From the IMG/VR virus record IMGVR_UViG_3300002461_000499: DNA of 20,000 nucleotides; one strand, 5' to 3'. The notes under the pieces were generated by a model. That model was given only the letters and a program-made list of their open reading frames with translations, was not told where the DNA came from and ran no database searches. The position numbers and the translations under genes are program-made. This stretch comes from an uncultured virus (IMG/VR IMGVR_UViG_3300002461_000499) (taxonomy: Duplodnaviria; Heunggongvirae; Uroviricota; Caudoviricetes). Shown in pieces: positions 1-8,370 of the stretch (position 1 is the stretch's first letter; each line of letters begins with the position of its first letter).

Positions 1-279
1 AAACACAGTGCAAGCGGGATCAAAACGAACGTTCAGCGTCGTATTTACAAACACAGCCCGACGGGGTATAATTTCGGGTACGGCGGTTCTGGCCCTGCTG
101 ACTTCGCCCTGAATATCTGCCTTGCCCTTGTTCATGCTGACGACGCATATCAACACTATCAGGACTTTAAATTTAAGTTCGTAGCAATCGGCAAGGCTGA
201 ATCTGATTCGCTTTTGATCGTTCGCGAAGCGGCTGAACAATGGTTCCGGGATCGGGGCGTCAAACTACTTTCGGAATAA
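1..279 (+). CDS. DUF6166-like protein, 5'-truncated (absent from the ORF track)
   Basis: Frame 1 is open from base 1 to TAA at 277-279: KHSASGIKTNVQRRIYKHSPTGYNFGYGGSGPADFALNIC...YQDFKFKFVA. HSPTG-x-GYGGSGPA-x-AL is the DUF6166 signature as I recall it. Confidence 0.8.
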   Translation, partial: KHSASGIKTNVQRRIYKHSPTGYNFGYGGSGPADFALNICLALVHADDAYQHYQDFKFKFVAIGKAESDSLLIVREAAEQWFRDRGVKLLSE

Positions 280-312
280 TCTTCAATCACATATCAACGT
301 CAAATTTTAAAC

Positions 313-573
313 ATGAAAGATTTATTTGTAATTTTTCGCACGGACAAAACCGGCAAATCAGGAACCGGCAGCATGGTCGCCGGACAAACAACCGACAAGA
401 CTTTGCCGAGTATCAAGGACATCACGAGGAAAGCGACAGGCCAAGAACCGCAAACGATTCTGAAAGCCGAAACGCACAGGACGGTAAACACCGAAGATTT
501 TCAAGTCGATTTCATCAACAAAGACGATTTGAGAGCGGGCGGCATGACGTCCGTTTACGACGTCATTGATTGA
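313..573 (+). CDS. Hypothetical protein (86 aa)
   Basis: ATG follows the AT-rich leader GTCAAATTTTAAAC. Codon style matches neighbours, and a terminator follows. Confidence 0.7.
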   Translation: MKDLFVIFRTDKTGKSGTGSMVAGQTTDKTLPSIKDITRKATGQEPQTILKAETHRTVNTEDFQVDFINKDDLRAGGMTSVYDVID

Positions 574-595
574 CAGCGTACGACACAACAGATTG

Positions 596-631
596 AAACG
601 TCCGGGGCGAATTGCGCCGGGCGTTTTTTTG
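596..631 (+). terminator. Rho-independent terminator
   Basis: AAACGTCCGG (596-605) pairs with CCGGGCGTTT (617-626), followed by a T tract. Confidence 0.75.
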
Positions 632-680
632 TGTCCTTTTTGACCGGACAAAAATACTTTTAAAAAATATTACGACGCCC

Positions 681-711
681 ATTGTGGTGTAAAATAAAGC
701 CAGTATTTTTG
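681..711 (+). promoter_or_regulatory. Bacteroidota-type primary sigma promoter (-33/-7)
   Basis: ATTG (681-684), 19 bp spacer, TATTTTTG (704-711) = TAnnTTTG. Bases 699-733 are identical to 19110-19144. Confidence 0.8.
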
Positions 712-746
712 TCCTGTCAAATTGATTAAACAAACGATTCAAAGAA

Positions 747-1067
747 ATGAAAAAGAACGTCCTTGCTTTCACACTTGCCGCACAAATTCGCCGCCTCGAT
801 CCGATCAATACCCGTCGCATGGCCTTAACGCTTGCCTGGAAGATCGTAAACAGTTACACCGACCTTGCATTGCTTCAATTTACAAAAGTAGACGGTACCG
901 TTTGCCGTCGCGTTGTTTCTGCTGACTGGTCGAAATACGAAGCCCCGAAAGGCACCGGCCGTCCTGTTAAACCGGGTTTGCACCTGTTCGCCGACATCGC
1001 GAAATTCCTTGTTGCAAAACCTTGCATCATTTCAGCATACGAAAATAAATACAGCCTGGCCGCTTAA
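747..1067 (+). CDS. WYL_2 / SH3 beta-barrel fold-like phage protein
   Basis: Pattern 'AL..AW...FTKVDGT.R....KGTGRP....F.D' resembles Bacteroidota phage SH3 beta-barrel (DUF2693/WYL_2) proteins. Confidence 0.6.
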   Translation: MKKNVLAFTLAAQIRRLDPINTRRMALTLAWKIVNSYTDLALLQFTKVDGTVCRRVVSADWSKYEAPKGTGRPVKPGLHLFADIAKFLVAKPCIISAYENKYSLAA

Positions 1068-1091
1068 TCGCGCCGCTGTTGAACGATCACC

Positions 1092-1118
1092 GTCCGGGGC
1101 GGTACACACGCCCCGGAC
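1092..1118. repeat. Perfect 10-bp GC-rich inverted repeat (hairpin without U tract)
   Basis: GTCCGGGGCG (1092-1101) / CGCCCCGGAC (1109-1118), 7-nt loop, intergenic. Confidence 0.8.
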
Positions 1119-1133
1119 ACAAATAAAAAACGC

Positions 1134-1457
1134 ATGACACAGCCTTTAAAAGAATGGTACGACAGCACTTCCTATTCGCGCGGGCAAGAACGCGTCCCGA
1201 CATGCTGGTCGTATGATACCGGCGAATTAACAATCACTGTTTTGAACGGTCACAGGTATTACCCGAATCAATGGATCATGCACTGTTATCAATTGCATAT
1301 AGATACGGCAATAATGAAAGCGCCTTTCGATACGCCCCTGAAAGATGTTCAGGAAGCGGCAATCAAATTCGTTCGTCGGCGCCTGGGTAAAATGCTCGCA
1401 TCAATGCCATCACTTGAACCTGAAAATTTGAATGAAGATGTCACAAGCAACACTTGA
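1134..1457 (+). CDS. Hypothetical phage protein (107 aa)
   Basis: A-rich leader, co-oriented, overlaps the next gene. Confidence 0.75.
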   Translation: MTQPLKEWYDSTSYSRGQERVPTCWSYDTGELTITVLNGHRYYPNQWIMHCYQLHIDTAIMKAPFDTPLKDVQEAAIKFVRRRLGKMLASMPSLEPENLNEDVTSNT

Positions 1458-1962
1458 AACTCGAACAGACGGATATTTTTGTCAGGTTGGCGACGCCGGA
1501 AAATTCTTCCCGATCAAACAGTTCGTCGGGTATCACGATGCACAACAGGCGGCGCTTTCCTGGATACACGAACAATCCCGTTTTCAAAATGCCGGGTATT
1601 CGCTCGATCAGTGTGTCGTGTGCGTGTCGCGCCTTTACGAACTTGCGATGTCGGTCGCTGACGGGTTCCCGAGACTGAACACCGATTTCCGTTTTGTGAT
1701 CGACGAACACTTTCGGTCGGTCGCTGTCATTTTCGGGTCGCTGATCGTGACCGGTTCGGAACGCGGTTTCAATATTGAACTTGTTACGAACTGGCTGACG
1801 AAACGCCGGGAAATAATTTGCACGGATGTTCCTTTCGAGGTTGCGAAATCGGTGATCCTGAATTCACCGGCCAGTCAAATGTTTTCCGACCTGGAAGCGC
1901 AAGAACTGTTTTTATCAGATTTCAACAGGGAAATATTGCACATGATTTGTGTTGTCGAATAA
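1432..1962 (+). CDS. Hypothetical protein (start may be 1438)
   Basis: Longest ORF tiling this interval, with consistent codon usage. Confidence 0.7.
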   Translation: MKMSQATLETRTDGYFCQVGDAGKFFPIKQFVGYHDAQQAALSWIHEQSRFQNAGYSLDQCVVCVSRLYELAMSVADGFPRLNTDFRFVIDEHFRSVAVIFGSLIVTGSERGFNIELVTNWLTKRREIICTDVPFEVAKSVILNSPASQMFSDLEAQELFLSDFNREILHMICVVE

Positions 1963-1976
1963 TAACGGTATTTTTG
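1946..1976 (+). promoter_or_regulatory. Bacteroidota-type promoter
   Basis: TTTG (1946-1949), 19 bp spacer, TATTTTTG (1969-1976), then TCACGTCAAAAG and ATG at 1989. Confidence 0.75.
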
Positions 1977-1988
1977 TCACGTCAAAAG

Positions 1989-2321
1989 ATGAACGATAAT
2001 TTCGATTTAAAAAACCCGGAACACCGGAACCTGGCTGCAAAGTTGCGCAATTCAGTCGTTGACTTGAATTTTTACGCCTGGCAGTTCTTGAACCTGATCG
2101 GGTTGCCGTCAACCCCTCGAACGGGCCTATCCGATGCGATTGAAATTGTTGCAACGGCTGTTCGATACGGTAAACCGCCGCCCTCATTATGGCCCGATGA
2201 ACTGGATTTAATTATCAATCAGTATATACAAATCAAAAATTGCAAACCCGAAAACGCGAACGCGCTATTTTATGAAACCTGGCGCTTTGTTCACGATTTC
2301 GACTACCTGTTCAGAAAATGA
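1989..2321 (+). CDS. Hypothetical protein (110 aa; start revised from 1818)
   Basis: ATG 1989 (MNDNFDLK) lies just downstream of the promoter. The 1818 start would overlap the previous gene. The stop overlaps the next start (ATGA). Confidence 0.7.
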   Translation: MNDNFDLKNPEHRNLAAKLRNSVVDLNFYAWQFLNLIGLPSTPRTGLSDAIEIVATAVRYGKPPPSLWPDELDLIINQYIQIKNCKPENANALFYETWRFVHDFDYLFRK

Positions 2322-2830
2322 CTTTTGATAAAATTCAACGACAAATCGACCCCGCCCGTCTTGTTTCCCGGCAACATGCAATCCCTTTTGAAATTCGGCA
2401 ATTCGCCGGACAGGAACAATTGAAGTTCGTCGGCAACCGAGGCCGAGGTCGCGAAAACGTCCCCGCGCTTGCCGACATTTATCACGCCTTGATCCTGGAA
2501 GGTTTGGAGCATATCGAAAAAGCCGAATGGATTGCGCCGCCTGTTTTCCGTGAAATCGGACAGCCCGAGAATTGCGCAATGGCAAAAATCCGAATGGACA
2601 TCGAACTCGATCAAAAATTGCGGTCGCTGAAAGCAAGTGCGGACGCCGGACAGTTCAGCGTCGTTCCGGCTGCTGACAATGCCCGACAGGTGAAAAAAAT
2701 CAGCCTGATTTCCCTTGCTGTTAATTTGATGCAAATTGCTATCAAGGAACGCGAAAATCCGTCGCCGACATACGCCGACGTAATGAAATTGCAGGAACCC
2801 CGGAAAACCCGAAAATCAAATCGCAGTTAA
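2318..2830 (+). CDS. Hypothetical protein, possibly ribbon-helix-helix DNA-binding
   Basis: ATGA-coupled to the upstream gene. 'KIRMDIELDQKLRSL...SLISLAVNLMQIAI' has a strand-helix-helix pattern (weak). Confidence 0.65.
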   Translation: MTFDKIQRQIDPARLVSRQHAIPFEIRQFAGQEQLKFVGNRGRGRENVPALADIYHALILEGLEHIEKAEWIAPPVFREIGQPENCAMAKIRMDIELDQKLRSLKASADAGQFSVVPAADNARQVKKISLISLAVNLMQIAIKERENPSPTYADVMKLQEPRKTRKSNRS

Positions 2831-2847
2831 ACTTTTAAATTTTTCCA

Positions 2848-3870
2848 ATGAGTACAACGTCAAATGGTACACAAATGCCCGGAACGGAACCGGGAATCGA
2901 ACCGCTTGCCCCGCTTTACCTGGCACCCGGTTTTGAAATGCTGATCGGCCGGATCGTTCAGCAAAAAATTTACCGGGTCGAGATCGGCGCCGGTCGTCAT
3001 TACCGGAATGAAGCCGGGGAAACATTCAAGTCGATCACGACTTTCCTTGACGCGGTTATGCCGCCGAACTTCTTTCTGAAAAAATGGCGTGAATCGAAAA
3101 TCGAGGAACTGGGCAGCGTCAAAGCCGCAACCGAATTCGTTCAGGCGACAGCTGATTTCGGGACAGCCTTACACATCGCGACCGCTGAATTTTGCCGGAC
3201 AGGCGGCGTCGACTGGCGCGAACACGAATCATGGGCGTTCGATTATTTGATGACGCTGAACCCTGGAACGCACACGTTACACGCTGCCGTCGAGGAATTA
3301 CGCGACGACTTTGCCGCGATACTTGCTTTCATTGCTGATTACGAAGTGCAAATCCTTGCCGTCGAAATTCCTGTTTTTTCAAAAGACGGTTACGCGACCC
3401 TGATCGACCTTGTCGTCGATATGAACGATAAAAAGTACACGGACAAAACACCGCCTGAAAAACGGAAACGGATATTCGCCGGGATCAATTTAAAGTCAGG
3501 CAAAAAAGGATTTTACGAATCACACTTGTTTCAACTGATCGGGGAACGCCGGGCTTTTAACGAAACGTATTCGACACTGATCGGTCACGAAATGGTCGAA
3601 GTTTTCAACCTTGCCCCGACGAACTGGCTGACCGCCCCGAATTACAAACTGGGCCGACACACGGAAACGATCACAGAAAACGAACTCGAAGCCGAATTTT
3701 CCTTGTATGTTGAACTGGGGAAAAAGCGGGGCGTTCTGGGCAAACCTTCAAAGAATTTTCGTATGTTTGAAGGCGTTACCCGCATGGGCGAAAACCCTGT
3801 CGCAAACATGATCGTAATGAATTACGACGATCTTGCAAACCGCCGGATTGCTCGACGCGAACAAAAATAA
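2848..3870 (+). CDS. PD-(D/E)XK superfamily nuclease (phage exonuclease/Cas4-like)
   Basis: Motif order RHY...SITT...W...GTALH...VEIPV...YATLIDLV...INLKSGK...QL is typical of phage PD-(D/E)XK nucleases. Confidence 0.7.
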   Translation: MSTTSNGTQMPGTEPGIEPLAPLYLAPGFEMLIGRIVQQKIYRVEIGAGRHYRNEAGETFKSITTFLDAVMPPNFFLKKWRESKIEELGSVKAATEFVQATADFGTALHIATAEFCRTGGVDWREHESWAFDYLMTLNPGTHTLHAAVEELRDDFAAILAFIADYEVQILAVEIPVFSKDGYATLIDLVVDMNDKKYTDKTPPEKRKRIFAGINLKSGKKGFYESHLFQLIGERRAFNETYSTLIGHEMVEVFNLAPTNWLTAPNYKLGRHTETITENELEAEFSLYVELGKKRGVLGKPSKNFRMFEGVTRMGENPVANMIVMNYDDLANRRIARREQK

Positions 3871-3904
3871 AAATGATCTTTTCAACCTTGTAAATTATTA
3901 AAAA

Positions 3905-4966
3905 ATGAACGATTCAAGCAATGCAAAGTCCACTTTCGCAACGCCCGAGGCCGGGCAACTGCCGAGCGGCAAACAGGAATTTTACCCTGAAATTGAATAT
4001 TCGACGATGAAAACACCGGGGCACCTCGCATCGTCGATCACGCCTGAAATTGTAGCGAATGCACGCGCGACTTTTAAACTGGGCTTTCACTACTGGGACA
4101 AGTTGAATTCAACAAGTGTCGCAATCGACAAATTCACTTTCGCAGTCCTGGAAGTTTACGCAGCAATTGAAGGAAGCAAAGAAACCGAACCGGGAAAGTG
4201 GATCAATTATTTTTCAAACTATGTAAAGAACAGCCGGAACGAACCGTTTGCCCTGTTTCAAAAGGGGATCAAACGCCCGATTATGAAAGGCTTTTACACT
4301 CCGAAAAAAGATGAAAACGATGTTCCGAAACTGATCGACAACGGCGTGCCGAACAATCTGCCGAACGGCGCCGGGTTTCATCAACATTTTATTCTTTACT
4401 GGATTGAAGGCGATAGAATAATGGATTTGCCGTTGACGACGATGGTTTCCCGGGAAATCAAAGAATCAATCAGTCGGGCCGAGGCACGCGCCGGACGAAA
4501 AGTCAAACCTGATCGGGTCAATCTTTTCGCCCTGGCCGACGGCGGCGCTTTCTGGGGTTTCGAGGTTACGAAGTTCCGCCGGGTCAACAAGGACGGAACG
4601 CCGCACGACGGTCGTAGTGAAATGTTTCTCGTGCCTGATTTTAATTCGGGCGTTATCAAAGCCGAGGGGGACGGGGCAAATCCTGAATTGTACGCGATAT
4701 GCGCCGGCCATCAAGCGACGATCCGGGCTGCATACGAAGCGGAAAAAGTACGTCGGGCAAAATTCGGGGTCGAAAATTCTACGACTGAACAAACCGAAAC
4801 AGCGGCCCCAGGCAACGACGCGAATTTTCCGACCGATCAACAGGGCGGAACCTTTCGGCAGCAACATGACAATTTTCAAAAACGTCAGGACACGCCGCCC
4901 GCTGATCCTTTCCCGAGTTACGAGGCACCGCCGCCGCCGACAAATTTTGATGACTTACCGTTTTAA
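3905..4966 (+). CDS. Putative ssDNA-binding/annealing protein
   Basis: Follows the nuclease gene. Has a low-complexity Q/P/T-rich linker ending in the SSB-like acidic tail NFDDLPF. Confidence 0.55.
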   Translation: MNDSSNAKSTFATPEAGQLPSGKQEFYPEIEYSTMKTPGHLASSITPEIVANARATFKLGFHYWDKLNSTSVAIDKFTFAVLEVYAAIEGSKETEPGKWINYFSNYVKNSRNEPFALFQKGIKRPIMKGFYTPKKDENDVPKLIDNGVPNNLPNGAGFHQHFILYWIEGDRIMDLPLTTMVSREIKESISRAEARAGRKVKPDRVNLFALADGGAFWGFEVTKFRRVNKDGTPHDGRSEMFLVPDFNSGVIKAEGDGANPELYAICAGHQATIRAAYEAEKVRRAKFGVENSTTEQTETAAPGNDANFPTDQQGGTFRQQHDNFQKRQDTPPADPFPSYEAPPPPTNFDDLPF

Positions 4967-5605
4967 ATGATGAAATCACGCAAGATCACATCGAAAGGTT
5001 TTGTGTCTGATTCTGGTCAGTTGATGTTGCCACGTTCTGTTATGCAGGGCGTGGCAGCGCAATTTTCAGGACGTGACATTTTTATCACCTTTGAAGATGC
5101 GGCCAGCATCCGCACACCGAATCAAAACGGGTACTACTGGGCCGGGATCATTGAACCGATCACTGAACGTTTTAACGAGCTGGGCGAACGCTTCGACGCT
5201 GATACGGTACACGAGATTTTAAAGTACAAGTTTTTACGTGTCATCATTCCGAACGAAGAAACCGGCGAAGTCCTTGCCGAATATGTCAGGTCGACCGCTT
5301 CGCTGAAAACATACGAGTTCGCCTTTTACCTGGAAGATTGTATCAGGTACGCGGCCGAATCTTTGGAACTTGTAATCGAGCCGCCGCGCGTCCGCCGTTA
5401 CGATTACATCTTTCCGATCTTTCCGGGCAAAAAAGAAACAAGGGAAAAGTACATCGGACGCATTCGCGAATACGTTGACGACATCTTTGACATTGCACAC
5501 CTCGTCAGATACTTCAATCAAAATCAGGAATGGGAATTCGACCCGGAAATCAAAGCCGTATTTGCCGAGCGGAAAGAATACCTGAAACGATTACGGGCTG
5601 CATAA
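4967..5605 (+). CDS. NinB/Orf-like recombination accessory protein
   Basis: Pattern RTPNQNGYYW...VHEILK.KFL...STASLKTYEFAFYLE.C...A.....IEPP matches the NinB/YbcN-like family. Carries an extra C-terminal extension. Confidence 0.65.
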   Translation: MMKSRKITSKGFVSDSGQLMLPRSVMQGVAAQFSGRDIFITFEDAASIRTPNQNGYYWAGIIEPITERFNELGERFDADTVHEILKYKFLRVIIPNEETGEVLAEYVRSTASLKTYEFAFYLEDCIRYAAESLELVIEPPRVRRYDYIFPIFPGKKETREKYIGRIREYVDDIFDIAHLVRYFNQNQEWEFDPEIKAVFAERKEYLKRLRAA

Positions 5606-5621
5606 ACTTGCCGATCTTTTT

Positions 5622-5662
5622 GACGGGATAAAAAAAATCAAATTTTTATCCCGTCTTTTTTT
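5622..5662 (+). terminator. Rho-independent terminator abutting the next promoter
   Basis: GACGGGATAAAAA (5622-5634) / TTTTTATCCCGTC (5643-5655) form a perfect 13-bp stem, followed by T7. Confidence 0.8.
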
Positions 5663-5690
5663 GCCATTGTCAATAAAGCCGTTATTTTTG
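5660..5690 (+). promoter_or_regulatory. Bacteroidota-type promoter
   Basis: TTTG (5660-5663), 19 bp spacer, TATTTTTG (5683-5690), then TCCTGTCAAAATGATTAA, nearly identical to the copies at 704 and 19115. Confidence 0.8.
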
Positions 5691-5725
5691 TCCTGTCAAA
5701 ATGATTAACATAAAAAACGGTAAAA

Positions 5726-6580
5726 ATGGACTTAAAAATCGAAACATTACCCGGTTCCCTTGCTTATTACTGCATTATTGGAAACCTTCGCGAAGCCTTG
5801 AAGTACGGCCGCGAAGCGATGGGCCGAAACTGGTTTACAATTCTCGACGGCGAAATCTTGCCGGACGATCACCAACAGGCCGACCCCGAATCGGTTTATA
5901 AATTCGTTGAAACGATTTCGCAGTCACAACGAGGTCGCAAGGGTGACAAGACAGCCGCCGCGCAACAAGTTCTGAAAGTGCTGAACGCAATCAAAAAGGG
6001 CGTCGAAGATTTCAGCAACATCGACGACGAGCAACCAACCCCGCCGGAAACATCAAAACAACCTGAACAACCTGTCGTCGTACCTGTCGAAAACAAATCC
6101 GACGTTGCCGACGACTTGAAAGAACGGTTCTTAAACTGGTTGATGTCGTTGACGAAACTTGACGTTGTGTTCGGCGTGACACTTGCCGTCGCTGATTACG
6201 GCTTGACATTCTTGCTCCATGAAATGGGCGTCGCCGCTGCCGTCGTTTACACAATGATTTCATTGCACGCCCTGGGCATGGCAAAAGACCGGTATGCAAA
6301 GAACACCGCGCGAACCGGTATCGCTGCCGTTTGGCTGCTGGAAATCGGCGCTTGCGTGATTCACCTGACAATGTTCAACCGCCGAATCTGGTCGATCATT
6401 GACGACATGCCGTTCCGCGTCGAAGATGTCACAACCGAAAGCCGCCCGTTCTGGATTGCTGTCGTTCTTGCAATCCTGTTCAGCGGCGCCGGGATTTATG
6501 CCGTATCGACAACACTTGCCGTCGTAACAGAAAGGAATGAAGCCGAGGAAATCGAAACGAAATACGGGGTCAAATACTGA
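5726..6580 (+). CDS. Membrane protein: soluble N-terminal domain, P/E/Q linker, about 4 TM helices
   Basis: Hydrophobic segments VVFGVTLAVADYGLTFLL, MGVAAAVVYTMISLHAL, GIAAVWLLEIGACVIHLTMF and FWIAVVLAILFSGAGIYAV. Confidence 0.8.
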   Translation: MDLKIETLPGSLAYYCIIGNLREALKYGREAMGRNWFTILDGEILPDDHQQADPESVYKFVETISQSQRGRKGDKTAAAQQVLKVLNAIKKGVEDFSNIDDEQPTPPETSKQPEQPVVVPVENKSDVADDLKERFLNWLMSLTKLDVVFGVTLAVADYGLTFLLHEMGVAAAVVYTMISLHALGMAKDRYAKNTARTGIAAVWLLEIGACVIHLTMFNRRIWSIIDDMPFRVEDVTTESRPFWIAVVLAILFSGAGIYAVSTTLAVVTERNEAEEIETKYGVKY

Positions 6581-6613
6581 TTAAAAACGTCAAATTTTAA
6601 ACATAAACAAGTC

Positions 6614-7174
6614 ATGCAAACCGAACAAAAATTGCTCGTAAAATTCAACCCTGAACACTGGTTTTTCAAACATTGCAATCCCCTGGAAGTCGACAGGCTT
6701 TTGACGGAACAAGCGACGATCACCGGTTATTTACCGACATTCGGAACGCTCAAATGGCAGTTAAAAGACTACGACAGTGCCGGTTTTAAATGCTGGAACA
6801 TGGGCGGTCGCCTCGAATCAACAACGCGTTTTTCAGACGAGCCGACGCAAATGCCTTTTCTTGTCAACATGGTAGATGTCGAACGCGTATTCCTGCCGAT
6901 CAAGCGGGAAATTGACGACTTAAACCCTGACGACGTGAATACGGATGACCACTTTTGGGACACTTTCGGCAAATCGGAAACCGAATCAACAATGCGCTGG
7001 CTGATAAAAGAATGTCAGAAACAAGGGCACTTTCGTTCCGGCATTCAGGCGAAAGGAATCGGCGAAAATTTGTGCCTCGATGGCCTTATAACAGATTTGG
7101 GGGGGGGTGGCTTCCTGCCTACACGAAAAGCAATCCGGGCGCTGGCCGGCGCCGGTTTTTGGAAACCGCTTTAA
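6614..7174 (+). CDS. Hypothetical protein, possible C-terminal winged helix
   Basis: Preceded by the conserved GTCAAATTTTAAAC leader. C-terminal 'LCLDGLITDLGGGGFLPTRKAI' resembles a wHTH wing (weak). Confidence 0.7.
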   Translation: MQTEQKLLVKFNPEHWFFKHCNPLEVDRLLTEQATITGYLPTFGTLKWQLKDYDSAGFKCWNMGGRLESTTRFSDEPTQMPFLVNMVDVERVFLPIKREIDDLNPDDVNTDDHFWDTFGKSETESTMRWLIKECQKQGHFRSGIQAKGIGENLCLDGLITDLGGGGFLPTRKAIRALAGAGFWKPL

Positions 7175-7188
7175 ATACCTGATCGACA

Positions 7189-7716
7189 ATGAAACTGTTC
7201 GCATACATCCGGGATGTTATCGGTTTGGGCAAGTTGCCCGACCTGGCGAACTATGAAATCAAGCAACGCCCGCGCAACAAACCCGAGGTCACAGAATCGA
7301 GAACGACGACGACCCGTGTTGTTGACGGCAAAGCGATGCGCGATGCCGTTGAACCTGACGGAACAATCGTGACTACTATCGGCAAAACAAAGCCGAAAAC
7401 GACAGCCGAGGTCGAGGTCGACGCGTTCGACGAAGCCTTGCTCGATTTCGTTGTCGGCGTAAAATGGCGCAAGGATCGGGAACGTGCGGCGGTTATGAAA
7501 TGGCATTGGATTCAAGGGCATTCAGCCCGGCAAATCGAAGTCGATCACACCGACAAGCAAACAAGCGAATTGCAACGCGGTTACAGCGAAAGGACGGCAG
7601 CCGAGTTTATCAAGGCGTTTTTCGATGCCGATGACGAACGCGAAAGCAAGGGGCGACCACGGTTGCGGGCGGGACGCTATACACCCGGCGACATCAAGAA
7701 TGTAATTGAATGGTGA
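7189..7716 (+). CDS. Hypothetical protein with HTH-like C-terminal region
   Basis: 'MKWHWIQGHSARQIE...GYSERTAAEF' is HTH-like. Tiles between its neighbours. Confidence 0.7.
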   Translation: MKLFAYIRDVIGLGKLPDLANYEIKQRPRNKPEVTESRTTTTRVVDGKAMRDAVEPDGTIVTTIGKTKPKTTAEVEVDAFDEALLDFVVGVKWRKDRERAAVMKWHWIQGHSARQIEVDHTDKQTSELQRGYSERTAAEFIKAFFDADDERESKGRPRLRAGRYTPGDIKNVIEW

Positions 7717-7761
7717 AAGGTTAAAATATTTGCACTATCTTGCACCGAAAAAACATTCAAC

Positions 7762-8304
7762 ATGGAGTTTGTCTATATTTTAAAATCGGGTAAAATTTAC
7801 AAAATAGGATACACAACAAACCCGAAATCACGGGTTTGCACGATCCGATCTTCAAACCCTTCGACAAAACTGATTGCGCTTTATTGCGCGTCAAAAGAAG
7901 ATGAATCAGTCTTACATTCTTTGTTTCGCGACAAGAAAGTCAGTAACGAATGGTTTGCACTTGACGAATTTGATTTGCAGCACATCGACACTATTTTGGG
8001 CAGCCGAGAACAAAGAAAAGATTTGACCCGATTGATTTGCAATCTGATAAACGGAAGCGTTCAGGATAAAGCAATCAAGGGAGCCGCAAAAAAGGCAGCG
8101 ATGTTCAAATCGGCAAAACTTACAGAAACCGAAAAAGCGGGTTTGTTGAATCGGAATGTTTCTTTGAAAACCGGTAAAATGATAAAGGGTATTTGGCTGG
8201 AAAACCCACATTTTACCGGTCAACAGTTGGCGGACGAATGCGGGCTTTCATTGCGAACGATCCGAAATGCGATGCCGATTTTTGCATCCCCTATCGACGG
8301 GTAG
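7762..8304 (+). CDS. GIY-YIG (T5orf172/MUG113-type) nuclease with C-terminal HTH
   Basis: N-terminal FVYILKSGKIYKIGYTTNPKSR...E..LH..F......EWF. C-terminal TGQQLADECGLSLRTIRN is a classical HTH. Confidence 0.85.
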   Translation: MEFVYILKSGKIYKIGYTTNPKSRVCTIRSSNPSTKLIALYCASKEDESVLHSLFRDKKVSNEWFALDEFDLQHIDTILGSREQRKDLTRLICNLINGSVQDKAIKGAAKKAAMFKSAKLTETEKAGLLNRNVSLKTGKMIKGIWLENPHFTGQQLADECGLSLRTIRNAMPIFASPIDG

Positions 8305-8370
8305 TTATTTTGATATTTCGCCATGCAATTGGGTGCGGAGAAAAATTGCACCCCTGAAAACCAACAAATT

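Noticed and set aside
240..569. 109-aa ORF from the track
   Set aside because: It overlaps both the DUF6166-like gene and the better-supported 313-573 gene, which has the conserved leader.
1454..1481. Promoter-like TATTTTTGTC at 1474
   Set aside because: It lies inside a coding region, the upstream TTG is only 17 bp away, and the GTCAAA context of the other copies is missing.
7762..8304. Intron-encoded homing endonuclease
   Set aside because: The flanking genes appear intact and distinct, and the short intergenic gaps leave no room for group I intron structure.
8302..8313. Amber (TAG) stop-codon reassignment as in some crAss-like phages
   Set aside because: Genes tile the window under the standard code with no TAG-interrupted frames. 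Reading through the single TAG stop meets TGA three codons later.
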